DNA of 60,853 bases, the filler included, from Sphacelaria rigidula (lineage: Eukaryota), in assembly GCA_964200075.2 (NCBI GenBank). It is 8 parts of 8 records of this genome, joined end to end, with 100 filler letters (N's around TTAATTAATTAA, not from the genome) between each part and the next. Parts side by side here need not be neighbours in the genome. Positions count along the whole stretch, not along the records: positions 22,860 to 30,378 come from CAXNAA020014538.1; positions 30,479 to 37,997 come from CAXNAA020014539.1; 6 more parts are not named here. One strand, written 5' to 3'. Made by a program: the position numbers and the translations under genes. Shown piece by piece: positions 25,570 to 37,698 of the stretch. A model generated the notes under the pieces. That model was not told the DNA's origin. It ran no database searches and saw only the letters and a list, made by a program, of their open reading frames with translations. The first letter of the stretch is position 1, and every line of letters starts with the position of its first letter.

Positions 25570-26340
25570 CATCGGTCTCGATTTTTTTCAACATCGAGAA
25601 AGAAAAAGTCGGGGTGTTGCGATCTCAGAACCATTTCCCCCCATTTTTCGAAACAATCGGAGAAAATCATTCCGAGATCGCGATTCCCCCCGATTTTGAG
25701 GAGGTGACGTATGTGCATTGACGTACAAAGGAAGGGGACGAGGCCTTCGATATTTCTGCAACCGCAGCAGAAGACAGTCTCGTGACAACGCAGTGTGTGC
25801 CTGCCCGCGCCAGCTGCTGCAGCAGCTTCGCACGGGGTTTGGCAATTGGATAATGAGTATTGACGCCGTATACCCTGTGGCGACGGTAATATCTCATGCT
25901 GCACTGCGCTGCCAAATTCATCACTATACCGAACGGTGCTGTACTCTCCTAGTCTTTTGTCGCTGTAGTTGCCGGGTGATGTTTTGCACTGGACTACTGA
26001 ACTCTCCTCACGCACTGATTGCTCACTGTTCTCGCAATACCGACTGTGCCATCATCATGTACTCCCACACGGCATTCTCATGCACTGTAATAATGGAGTG
26101 TCCTGTACTGTATTACCCTAGGGTACCATAGTACGACACTGTACTCGAAGGATTATTCACCGTCTGCCTGCTCTTCGGCTTCATGCACAAGTACGCACTA
26201 CCACATTGGTGCGGAAAATATTCGTCAGTGTACAGAACTATTTTAAAAAACTATGATACCATGAAACGGTCCTCCCGATTTTGAGTTCGCGAATTTGGGT
26301 CCCCGTCAAAAGAAATCAAGATTCGTTGCCATAAAAGATG
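25570..26340 (+). mobile_element. Non-autonomous element of about 780 bp, copy 2
   Basis: Diverged direct copy of 24050-24830. Confidence 0.8.
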
Positions 26341-26804
26341 ATATTATACACATCGCCTCATCGACGGGCAACAGTGAATTCCTTCATATTGTCGATGCTG
26401 TCATACTCCTTCATAGGTAGTTCTTGGTTCTTCAGTGTCTTCTGCGTTGCTAAGAGTCTTTATTTTCGGTCTAGTTTTGTCCATGTTTGAAGGTTGAAAT
26501 GGGTTCATTTTGGGCACATATCTCGGACGGAGCATGGGCGGAGATCGACGGTTATTCTTTGGTTCTGTACGATCAGTGTCTTCTGCCTCGTTTCAATTCT
26601 TCGTTTTCGTTCGGGGTTTGTCGTTTTTTCAGCGTTAAATACGTTCATTTCGCGTAGATTTCTCGGACGGACAATGGGTAGAACTTCACGGTCATCTTTT
26701 TCTTTGTGCAGGGCCGGTGTCTTCTGCCCGTTTCGATTCTTTTTCGGTCGGGTTTTATCGTCGTCGACGATGTTTGAAAGTCCAAAGAGGCAAAAAAAGG
26801 AGAA

Positions 26805-26905
26805 TGTGTTATCGTTGAATAATCTTCGCGTGTCACAAGAGTTATCTCTGAATAATACCTTCGTGTCACAAGATGTATCTCTGAATCATATCTTCGCCTC
26901 TCAGC
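26805..26905. repeat. Three diverged tandem units of about 30-33 bp
   Basis: ttatcgttgaataatcttcgcgtgtcacaagag / ttatctctgaataataccttcgtgtcacaagatg / tatctctgaatcatatcttcgcctctcag. Confidence 0.7.
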
Positions 26906-27644
26906 ATTCCTTCATGTGGGCAACGGCAGATGCCGGTAGCAACAGTCCTTATTACCCTTTGCCATGGAAAACGCTCCACTGAGCGGTGGCGCGAAGCGCC
27001 AAAAACCTTGTAGAGTATGTACAGGTTACGTTTCGGCTTATTCGCGAGCCCTGCAGACAGGTGCACCTTTGTTATATTTCTAAATTGATTCTAGAGTACA
27101 TTTGTTTCGGGGGTCATTTCGTTCTCTGAAGTTCTGAGAAGCCAGCATTCCTTCTTACTTGATTTTAGAGAAGAGGTTTTCGCTCACTATACGTATCATC
27201 CTCTTCGGTTGCTTTTCGCTGGGTGTTGGGGAGCGTTCTTGTCCTGCTTAGTTTTGGGGCGCATGCCCTTTCCGCGCTGTGTTCTCCACGGCATTTTGAC
27301 GTTTGATGCATTTCCTCGTTGGACGAGGGACCCTTTGACCGTCGGAGATGTCACCTCTTACCGTACACAGGCTCCACATCTATTCGTGGAACGGTATCGT
27401 TCTCACTTGAAAATTGAATCGGCATCACGCTCAGTTCGATGGGCTGTACGGAACGACTCTCCGTTCAATCTCGAAGCACACCGGTAGCATGTTATGATCT
27501 TGCCCGCATGTCGCATCTTCTCGACTGTACTTCCCTTTTGCTGTCTCTGGACTGCTGTTGTTGTTGCTGCTACTGCTACTCTGCCGTACCTGCGTTTTTT
27601 TCGTCATGAGGCGCCGGCTTCTATTTTTCATCTTCAAGTCGGCA

Positions 27645-27892
27645 GATCCCAGTGGCTCAGTTGTTAACCCCGAAACCTTTTGACTGTTGAGTCGTGGGTT
27701 CGAACCTCAGTGCAGTCACAGGAGCGGGAATTTTATCTCACACCATGTCCAACAGTGGACGGTGACTATGTCATGGATAGACTCAATTCGATTTCAAGGT
27801 CGACGAGGGAAGGGGACCGCTGAACCTCTCTCGCGACAAACAAATAAGGCGATCACCACAGAATTTCCTATGTTGGCCTCCTTCTGTGTGAC
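27645..27892 (+). mobile_element. tRNA-derived SINE family A, 3'-truncated
   Basis: A box tggctcagttg, B box gggttcgaacc; body colinear with 52782-53170. Confidence 0.75.
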
Positions 27893-30278
27893 ACGTAACG
27901 CACACAACCACCATGCATGCATATCGCACGGTCTCGATATTACTTTATTCTCATTGCTTTAATCCTTTGACCGGTAGGGTACGTCATGCGGGCCACGTAG
28001 TAGTTTGTCAAGTCCAAGTAACTGATGCCGATTCAACAAGAGATACTTTATCATGGCGGCCAAATGGTCAAATTCGTTGCCACAAAATATATTTTTTGAT
28101 TGGTGGTCAATTCGTTTCTTGGTACGCGATCAAATGGTCGAAATCGTTGCTACTACATGTGTGATCGGTTTACGGGGGCAATCAATTCCTCAGGTTCACC
28201 TTTGATTGTGATGGGTTGTGTTGAGCCTTCGTACGTACTCATCATCCATGTTGCTCTTCTGGCTGAAAACAAAACAAAGAAGTATTTTGTGGAATCGGCA
28301 TCGATTTCACATCAAAATCGAACCGACATCATGCTCATGAAACAATCAGAAGACACGACAAAATTTTACCGCCGCTCTCCATCAACTCTTTAAACGGCGA
28401 GAAAAGTAGGCCACCTGTTGAAGTGGAATACATTTCAATCAATAAAATTATCCTTGATCCAGATTGGCTGCAGTGCTCAGCCCATGAGCTGCTGCGGCTT
28501 CTTCTCCATACTATACTACGACCAATGTCACTACGCAACGCACACAGCTGTCAAAGTGCTAATGATGTACCTTGGCTGTCGATACACTTATCGTGGCGGC
28601 GACGCCGCAGAAACTTTTGTATGTGTGTATATATATATATATATATTACGCCTTGGGTGTGTGTGCATATTAATTTGCAAAAAGTGCAACCTAGTGCCCA
28701 TCGTTCAGTCAAAATCTACAGATAAATACTGTATTATAGTAGTAGTTGCATGACAGGTTTTATAGAAGAAGTTGGGTCATCAGTGTTTGTTCTGGGTAAC
28801 GTGTATCTTGAATTTTCTTGCTCCTTCGTGCCTATATGCACAACAGTTCACAGATATGTGATACCATTCGAATGAGTTGTTCTAAAGAGTTGTGCGCCAA
28901 AATGAAAAACGAGAACAAAAATCCATCAGAACACCAGCCCTATATTTGTGAATGCCCCGCTTGGCCCGCATACATAAGTCATTGCACTTTTGAACAGAAA
29001 CTTTACGTATTAATTTCTTGACCCTGGGTGTAGTCACCATCGTGATACTTGGCGCACTAGTCGGTCACAAGAGAGACAGCATGCGCATGAGTCGGCGGCA
29101 CGTTCGAGCGAGCATGCAAGTCAAGCAAAGCGATTATTCGGATTTTTGGAAACACCGGCGATACGCCCTCAAATCGGCTCTCTCGCAGCCCAGAACTCGT
29201 CGTACACCGTGAGTGAATGCATATCTGGAAACACCGGTGCACTGACTTCCATATCATGAGCATCTGCGGGATTGCTGTGCTCGCAAACGATTACAGATCT
29301 GTACTGGGATTCCCTCTGGAAAATGACAACCTATACAAAGTCATTCTGACATCGCCTGTAGAGGTGCTCGGTGTGGGAGGCACCTTCGCACGCACGCTGT
29401 CGCCGTTGCAACGTGCTGAAACTTGGGGCACATGTCATGAAAACCATAGCCAACAAGCCCACATGCCTCGATCTGGGGTTGCACATTGCAGCAGTGCGCG
29501 ACGAGGTGAAAAGAGGTCACGTTCTGTTCCGAAATAGTGTGTTTCTTATTTTGGCACAGGACTGTTAACTCAAATATAATCTGACAGCGTTCGAGAACGT
29601 TATTCTTCACGAACAAAAATCCTAGAATATTCCGAGAAGTTGTTCCGAAACAAGCACATCCTGGATAATGAATTGCACTGTTGAAAAGTGTACTGCGTAC
29701 AGTATCGGCTATTTAGTCTATTGCAATATACACTAGATTTCATACTGTACACAGTACACTTTTTGACAATGTATTCCACCGTCCAGGGTGTGGAAACGAG
29801 ACAACATCTACATCCGTTCTAGCTAGGCATTTCACGATGCCACTGACATGTGCTCCCGCTGGAAACGAAGGAAGTACAATACCACCCCGTGCCGTGACAC
29901 ACATCGCCAGTACTGCGCACCGTACGAACCGCAGTGACACCGCTGACGGAAGTTAAACTGAGAACTGTGCAACCATTGTCCGACGCGCGGAACCGAGGAC
30001 GGCCCTGGAGTTTGGGGGCGTATGGATCATACAGCATAGAACTCGCAGTTGAGTTTGCCTAGAGCCCCGTAAGAACAATTGTCCCACCCGTGGGCCAGGG
30101 CTTGTAAATTCCTGGTACATGACATACCACTTGCGGTGGTGGCACGGTCACCGCTTATGGTGGTCTCCATCTCACCCAATATGATCGCACGATATTGATG
30201 ATGGTGAGGATGACGATGATGATTATCGCACGTTGACTGATGCTTCAGAGATCCAGCCGTGGTCACATGATAGACATG

Positions 30279-30331
<53 letters not shown>

Positions 30332-30879
30332 GAAGGTTCGATGGTGGGTAGGCGTGGGAATCGAAAGCAGGTCGTGTTNNNNNNNNNNNNNNNNNNNNNN
30401 NNNNNNNNNNNNNNNNNNNNNNTTAATTAATTAANNNNNNNNNNNNNNNNNNNNNNNNNNNNNNNNNNNNNNNNNNNNGGTGTCCAAGAAAACCGGCCCC
30501 CCCCACCCGCCCCCCCACCCCCCCCCCACCCCCCCCCCCCCCACACCCCACACACACACAGTAGCCCCGAACCTGTCACGAAGGTAATGGCCATATAGCG
30601 CATGATAGCTGGTTTCAGACTGCATAAAGTGCCTCATATCGGCGACATTGGCGAAGATGATCCCAAACGCGGGAGTTCCCAGCTGCTCGGTGTGCTCGGC
30701 TTCTTTCGTCTTGATTCACATGTAGAGCTTGCCTCCCCAAGCCTGCCCCTTTGGGGGGTGGCCATCGCGGCATCACTCTTGACACTTGCGATTTTTGTAA
30801 CGTTGACGCAAACATTTGGGTTGTAATGCATATTTTCAGAACACACAAAAGTCCAACCCTTTCCTGACATTCATCACAG

Positions 30880-31108
30880 AAGCGGACAAGATCGGGTTAG
30901 CATCGAAGAAGAACTTCCTGGAGTTGAACGTTTTCGTTCCATTGGATTCACATGTGTCTCTCTTCGATCTCGTTGTCCCCGGCTGGGGGATCTATTACGC
31001 CCAGATGTAGAAGTGTATCCTTGTCGTAACTTGCATTTTAATGGAATACCAACGGTATCACCTTCTGTGCTTTCTGCTCCAAAAGTATTTCCAACACCGA
31101 AGTTGCAG
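30880..31108 (+). CDS. Candidate upstream exon of the repeat-WWE-PARP gene
   Basis: catcacag acceptor, open frame of 229 nt to CAG|GTGGGG, phase 0 join to 31838; no recognisable motif. Confidence 0.35.
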
Positions 31109-31263
31109 GTGGGGTGGCGGGTCACAGACGACGGTACCCCTCTGTATTGCGATTTTATCTTGACCGATCGTTGAGTCTAAAGATGTTGGCAGGTCGTATG
31201 GGTAGTACACGGTTAGCTTGGGGGAATTCTTGAATTAGTGAAATTATGGGGAAAACCGACCAA

Positions 31264-31739
31264 GGCCGGATGTTATGGCAAACGGATTTTTGGCCCACGG
31301 ATTGCTCACTTTTGGGACATTTGACCCACCTTTTGAACCCAAACAGGGAGAACCGACACACGATTCGGACACTTTGCATCACCCCACAGAGAGGAGCCTA
31401 GTCTGCTCTTCAGATTCGCTTGGCTCCGAGGTTTCGAGGTTGGCCGCTAAACAAAAGTTTGTGTACAAAACTCTGTGCTTGCCGACCCCCGCCAGTTTGC
31501 CCAGTAATCTGTAGAGATCGCCGCAGATTTTGTTGCACACGGATTATTGTTCAGCGGCCGCTCTCGAAACCTTGGAGCCAAGCGAATCTGACAAGTGGGC
31601 TAGGCTCCTCTCTGTGGGGTGATGCAAAGTGTCCGAGACGTGCGTTGGCGGTTTTTCCTGTTTGGGGGTCAAACGGTGGGTCAAACGTCCCAAAGTGAAC
31701 AAGCCGTGGGCCAAAATCTGTGTGCCATAACATCCGGCC
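31264..31739. mobile_element. MITE with long TIRs (PIF/Harbinger-like)
   Basis: GGCCGGATGTTATGGCA ... TGCCATAACATCCGGCC termini with inverted arms of about 190 bp; third, partial copy at 49459-49700. Confidence 0.85.
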
Positions 31740-31837
31740 TGAACAGATGAAAAGTTTGTGCATGCCAGATGTACGCAACACAACGGTGTCCAGTCGATCC
31801 TCTTTTGACAGTGTATTTTTGCCTGTGGTGTATACAG

Positions 31838-32980
31838 GCACAAGGTGAACATGACCTGCCGGTACAGTGGGGGCCACATCCGGTGACGTACACGGCACAT
31901 GACCAATCGTGGCCGGTACGCGAGCTGGAGCATCGCGGAACCCATTATCAAGTACCACCACACGAGACCCTTGCACAACATCCGCAACAGACCCTAGTGG
32001 AGACTACAGCGGAGTGGCAACAGCTACGCATGGTCGAGGCACAGCATCAGCAGGTAGCCCAAAAGCTACGGGCGGTCAAGAAACAGCATAGGCAGGTAGC
32101 CCAACAGCTAGGTGTGGTCCAGGCGCAGCACCAGCAGGAAACCCAACAGCTACGTGCGGTCCAGGCACAGCGCCAGCAGGAGGCCCAACAGCTACGTGCG
32201 GTCCAGGCACAGCGCCAGGAGGAGGCCCAACAGCTAGGCGTGGTCCAGGTGCAGCACCAGCAGGAAACCCAACAGCTAAGCGCGGTCCAGGCACAGCGCC
32301 AGCAGGAGGCCCAACAGCTAAGTGTGGTCCAGGCACAGCGCCAGCAGGAGGCCCAACAGCTAAGTGTGGTCCAGGCACAGCGCCAGCAGGAGGCCCAACA
32401 GCTAAGCGTGGTCCAGGCACAGCGCCAGCAGGAGGCCCAACAGCTAAGTGTGGTCCAGGCACAGCGCCAGCAGGAGGCCCAACAGCTAGGCGTGGTCCAG
32501 GCACAGCGCCAGCAGGAGGCCCAACAGCTAGGCGTGGTCCAGGCACAGCGCCAGCAGGAGGCCCAACAGCTACGCGTGGTCCAGAAAAAGCATCAGCAGG
32601 AATCCCAACAGCTAGGCGTGATCCAGGAACAGCGCCAGCGAGAAGAAAAGGAGCTACATGCCCTCGAGGCCCGATGTACGGGTGAACGCCATCATCTCAT
32701 GTGGGTCAAACCACGATGTCAACGGACACTTGCACACCCTAGTGACTGCCACGCTCAAATTGAGCAAGACGCTCGAAAAAGGTCGCCTGTTCAATGGTGC
32801 GGACGAAATTACCCGATAGTTACGGGTGATACAGTATCGTTCAGCTGGGAGCGTTTTGATCTCTACACGAGCGCTCTGTTGGAGAGCGCATACAAGGTCT
32901 GGCGAGAAGGTGGGCCTGGAAAAGTGTCGTGGAACATCGGCTTCAATATCCACGAGTACGACTTCGTTACCATGCTTCAG
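31838..32980 (+). CDS. Large exon encoding a Gln-rich 14-aa tandem coiled-coil repeat and a WWE domain
   Basis: Lies within the 426-aa ORF 31769-33049; tatacag acceptor; WERFDLYTSALLESAYKVW..KVSWNIGFNIHEYDFVTMLQ fits the WWE pattern; candidate donor CAG|GCAAGG. Confidence 0.7.
32024..32653 (+). repeat. Coding minisatellite, 15 x 42 bp
   Basis: Unit cta(a/g/c)g(c/t)gtggtccaggcacagcgccagcaggaggcccaacag encoding L(S/G/R)VVQAQRQQEAQQ; no spacers between units. Confidence 0.97.
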
Positions 32981-33482
32981 GCAAGGGGATTGCATTCGGG
33001 GGTTTCGGCTGGTGGGTTTACAGTATCCGAGATGTCACTTGGCGAATAGCGCAAACAGTCACGGACGGAACGTTTTGTCCTTCAATGCATGCCACACTCC
33101 CGTGATAACTTCTTGTCTTGACATTCCCTGAGTTCATGTGTGTTGGAGTGTGGAGAGTTGCTTGTTCCCGCCATAATTTTAACCCGTTTCCTTCCTCCGG
33201 GCTAGTTAGTAGTAACAAAGGATCGACTCCTTTCTCCTCCCGTACGAGCTGGGCCATCCAAGGGTCTATCGAAGGCGGATCCGCACACAGGGGTGCATAC
33301 ATAGGGTTGTTCCGTAGAGTGCTGTACGGTGCTGTGCTTTACCGTGCTGCGCGTTTCTGTACCACTATACTGTACTGTGCTCGATCCGGGATACAGGGTG
33401 CAGTTGACGGCTACAGGATAATATTCTTGAGCGTGGTGGAGTAGAATGATGTGCCCTGCTCCCCTCACTATCGACCACCCAG

Positions 33483-36400
33483 CAATCGCGCTGTTGGTCG
33501 TTCATGCGCCCCATGTACTCGAGGGTTTGTGATGCCGTGAACAAACTCATGAGAAGATGCACCGAATGTGTTCATCTCTCGGATATTTTCCGTCCTGAAG
33601 CATGTCGCTACAAATGTGAGCTACGAAACACACGCCACGTAAACCCTTGAGGTAGAACTCACATCGTTCCCCACCCGCTTGATTACCAATCGAATCATTC
33701 CTATTTCGTCTCTTGGATTCCTCACTTGCTCTGCAGTGTACCGCCCCTAGTGAATCCCTTTTGTCATCCAACACTACAAGGCGATCGCTACTATCCTTCC
33801 ACCGGGGATACCTTGTCCAGGTTGAATGCCCTCTGCAACCGCATCATCTGTTTTCGCCTGCCAAACCGCCCCTGAATCTTTTTGTCTGAACGTATTGCGT
33901 GAAAGTTCATCTACACCAACGGTTTTCTCGTTGAATTACCGCCGGTTGAATGCCAGCCGGAGCAAGGTGGGTAGCGTCTCGGTTGGGTCCTGAGTGGAAC
34001 GTGTACTCTGAGGGTCAAGCCCAGGTTCCCTGATCGTGATCTAAGTTGCGATGCGGATGTAGCAGGCGGGGAGCTGGCGTTTCATTCGGGGTGCACTAAT
34101 ATCAAACGAAGTAGAATAGCTCACCGCAGCGTGCACCCAATCCCTGGCCGCTATCTGCGATGTTCGTCAACTACTGGCAGAAGGCGATGCCTAGACAGCG
34201 CTGCTGTTAATCGCTAGTGGCCTGCCTTGTGCGCCTAAAGTCACAGTTCGACCCTGTCTGCTGCGTGCCATTTTCAGTAATTGCGCAAATGATCGACATT
34301 CCTCTTGACTAGTACGACCCCGCGTAAGTCTGAAATCTTCATGGATCTTGCCGTTTTTTACTGTATGCGAGTAATCCCGATTCCCTGCAAATGGAGAAAC
34401 GCGAGGCACCCGCACTATTTTGCAATTTTTGTGTTGCCCGAAAATTAAACATTCACCTCAAGGGGGTGGTGGTGGGGTCGCGTTTTTTCGGAGTTACAAT
34501 ATATCAAGCGGCTTGGGTCGAATGTCCCTAAGCTCAATTCCAACCGAAACGATTGAATCCCCATGAAAGATGGCACAAGCTTTGAGCGTCAGGGGGATCA
34601 TCTGCTGAATATCACCTCACTTGAAACTGAGTACAAGACCCTTGTGGCCCGAGTCTGGCTGTCCAAACCTGAGAAACTGAGCCCCTTTAATTCAGTAAGC
34701 GCCAACGTTTGGTTTTGGCAAGCGTGAGCCACCCAAACTGAGACGCTACATTATGTTTTCGCCATGTCGGATATGGTGAGTCGAGGCAGAAATCGCGCCT
34801 CTTCTGTGCCAATTCGATGTTGCTTCAACCATACGTAGTGCATTAACCTGCGGGGTGGTGTCTAGTTTGCCTTGTATCAGTAAGCCTCGCAGATTATACA
34901 AAAGCTGTGCGTGACGCAGTGAATCTAGCTGTCCTACATAGCTCGAATCCCACCGCCCATGCAGTCCACACTGGACCATGTCTTCGTGTTCTGTGTCCAT
35001 GCTTTTGCCGGCATCGCTACGGTCTAAATTAGTACTACTCGTCGTGCACGCTGCACGCTGGTGCCTAAGTGCAGGGTATATTAACACATTCCCGTACAAC
35101 ATTCGTACGACGTTGACGTGTAGAGTAGCGTGGAATGTCGGCAGGCGACCTGCTTGTCTGCCCTCAGTGTTGTTCTCCAGGTTTTCAGACGTATTTATAA
35201 CCTTTCCCCTTCCTAGTGACGAGCCTGTAGCCTCACGGATGATACCATATCTCACCCGGTGCATCCCTGGCATCATCATGTCGCAGATTTGATCAGAAAT
35301 CTCAATTCGTCGACTCTCCTCACATATTATGCCATTTACATCTTCACGTTCACAGCGACGGAATCAAGACCTTGTCAGGAAAATGCGCACTTGGCGGGAT
35401 TCGATTCCTCAACCTTCCGCCCTGGAAGGTTTTCATGGTAACACTTAAAACACGGGGGCACCGCGGCCTGTGTTGGACAACGCTAGACCGTAAGGTAATA
35501 ACTGGAAAGCATCCCAACAGCAACAGCGCTTGACCAGGCTGACAACCCCAGCAATCATTGAGATGCATCTTGAACACGAATCCAATCCTGCTTTTTTGTA
35601 GTTAGACTGCTGAGGTCCCGCGGCTTATCATTTTGGCTTCACGTTGACTCGAAAGTTGACGATATTCGCCGCACACAGCGCATATCGCTTGTGCTGTCTC
35701 AGTGCACATTTTTTGCTGTGCTGCACTAGTCTACTGTTCACTTGACACCGTCGTCTCTACCCATGTGTTTGGCACTGACTTGATGCGTATATTCGACTGT
35801 ACAGTCACCTCAACCATGAGACCACGGCTGGACCCCTGGGGGGTCAGTTAAAGCGCGACAGTCAATCAGATCATTCAAACTTGGAAAAAAAAGTGCGTTC
35901 GAGTACGCTCCTTCCTGTGTGCGCTGCGCTTGTACCAACGGCTTCACCAATATGAACACAGGTCAAGACGTGACCCTAGAGTCATGGCAGGACGGTCTCT
36001 TGCCGGAGATCACTGCATTACGCTAGTTTTCAATGCGTTTTGATGCCGAATCCCCGAGTAGGGTAGTACTATCGTCTACTCTTCTTGTACATCAGATGGG
36101 TGAGTAGAAATAATGGGTCTCAGCCACTACCCTACCGTCAAGTCTCCCATCCTACAACAGGAACATCTCGGTGAAGATACCAGACTGCTACTTCTCTGAG
36201 TTGCTCCGTTTTGGTCCGATGGGTTTCCAGGACCATGTCTCGTCCTCAAGAGCAGAGAACCGCGCGCATGTAGCGAACAGGTGACTATTCTTCTCCCGGC
36301 CCGAATTGGTTTTGGCCCCTACCCGTACTCAAACTCCTCCAGCTACCCGGAAAAAGAGAACTGACGCTCCGATGGTATTGCCAAGATGAGTTTCCGTCAT

Positions 36401-36650
36401 GGCGTTCGATGCCCCAAGGTCCTTGTCGCAGGTAGTGCGGCGTGTGGTGGGCGATGTGTGCTGTTGACTACGGGTTTATTGATGTGTGTTGGTTGCCGGG
36501 TGTGCAATATTTGAGCCCTCCTTGCGCAAACATGCAGAGATGGCAACCTGATGCAAACGATCCGCTACAACCAACACCGAAACATCGACCTTGAAGTACG
36601 AAATCTCGAGTGCCGCCTGTCATGCATCCGGAGTATTCGGTAAGTTTCTG
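33483..36650 (+). pseudogene. Disrupted PARP-like catalytic region following the WWE exon
   Basis: Candidate exons: 33483-33524 (QSRCWSFMRPMYSR, completes WWE); 34509-34694 (ND*IPMKDG..LETEYKTLVARVWLS, TGA at 34554-34556); 35356-35494 (RRNQDLVRK..LEGFHG, frameshift, TLKTRGHRGLCWTTLDRK); MHPEYSVSF at 36622-36648. Confidence 0.55.
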
Positions 36651-36797
36651 CTGTAGTCGAGGAAGATTTGTTCCGTGTATTTCACACGTCGGACGGATCA
36701 GCTGGTGACAGATCTGGGTCAGCTCATTTGGGGCATAGATCATGATCCGTCTGAGGTGAGCTGTCACCCGTATACGTTTGTCCGATGCTGATCCGTA

Positions 36798-37698
36798 TAA
36801 TAGTCAGCATCAGAAGTTTTCAGAATTCGTAGTTGTTGTAGTTCTTGAGTTTTTCTCGAGTCATTCTTCATTACTACTTGAAAGTTCTAGCGCCGGTCGA
36901 TTCAGGGGAAAGCGTAAGCCGCGCTCAAACTGCAGTGCCCAAGTTGGTGTTTTGGGGCGATACGGACCAGATACCCCGTTTATCAGGAGGGTGTTATCGA
37001 CCGTTTTTGGTCCTTTAAAAACAGTTTTCCGGCTCTCCCGCAACGAAGCGGTAAATGTTTATATAAATGAATACGTCTACAATTCTTCACGATAACGATC
37101 GAGATCGTGTTTCCCTCCCATACTGCACAGACCTCAGTCTAGCATTTTCTGCGGGTGGCCTCTTTTCGTTATCTTTCGCATAACATTTTCCATGAGCACT
37201 CGAAAGTGCTGGCGTCGATAGTCTCGTCAAAATGAGCAGACCGTGCTCAAATCACAATGCCCAAGTTGGTGTTGTGGGGGCGATACGAAGTAAAGACTCC
37301 GTTTATCAGGAGAGTGTTTTTGACTGTGAATGATCCAAGAAACATAATTTTCCGCCTTTAGCGCAGTAAATAGGTGAAATTAAAAAAAAATCATCTTTTT
37401 TGAGTCTTCACTTCTATGATCGGGATCGAGTCGGTGCACCGAAAATACCGAAAAGCTAGAACCTGGGGTTGCACTTCCGCAGGACCCCCGAAGATCGGTC
37501 AAGCCCCATAGGTCACTCAATATTGATCGCAGATATTGTTTCTTTCAATATTTGTCAAGAGGATGAAAATATCGCCTGGTGACCGTTTTTTAGCGTCCAA
37601 CAACCACCGTGATGAGCAGTGGCAAGTGACACAAATTTGGAAAATCTTTGAGAAACTGAGAAACTACGGATTCTGCATACTTTTGACGCTGACTACTG
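36798..37698. mobile_element. Tc1/mariner-like non-autonomous element with TA TSD
   Basis: ta|taatagtcagcatcagaagttttcagaattcgtagtt ... aactacggattctgcatactttttgacgctgactactg|ta; the same left end recurs at about 15075-15140. Confidence 0.65.

Noticed and set aside
27645-27720. tRNA genes (also 52782-52855 and 19490-19555)
   Set aside because: A and B boxes are present but acceptor stems do not pair, and similarity continues into a shared downstream body, indicating SINE heads.
32076-32546. Minus-strand collagen-like GPPAGAVPG repeat ORF
   Set aside because: Antisense reading of the 42-bp repeat; the plus frame extends on both sides into non-repetitive coding sequence.
32024-32653. CRISPR-like array
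   Set aside because: Units are contiguous with no unique spacers, lie in an open reading frame, and the context is eukaryotic with no cas genes.
34554-34556. Selenocysteine or read-through TGA
   Set aside because: The position corresponds to Trp, not Cys, and downstream frameshifts show the region is decayed; TGA is a normal stop in other genes here.
34746-35279. 177-aa minus-strand ORF with RWDSSY, reminiscent of the hAT transposase TRWNS motif
   Set aside because: No other transposase motifs or TIRs; a single short match is insufficient.
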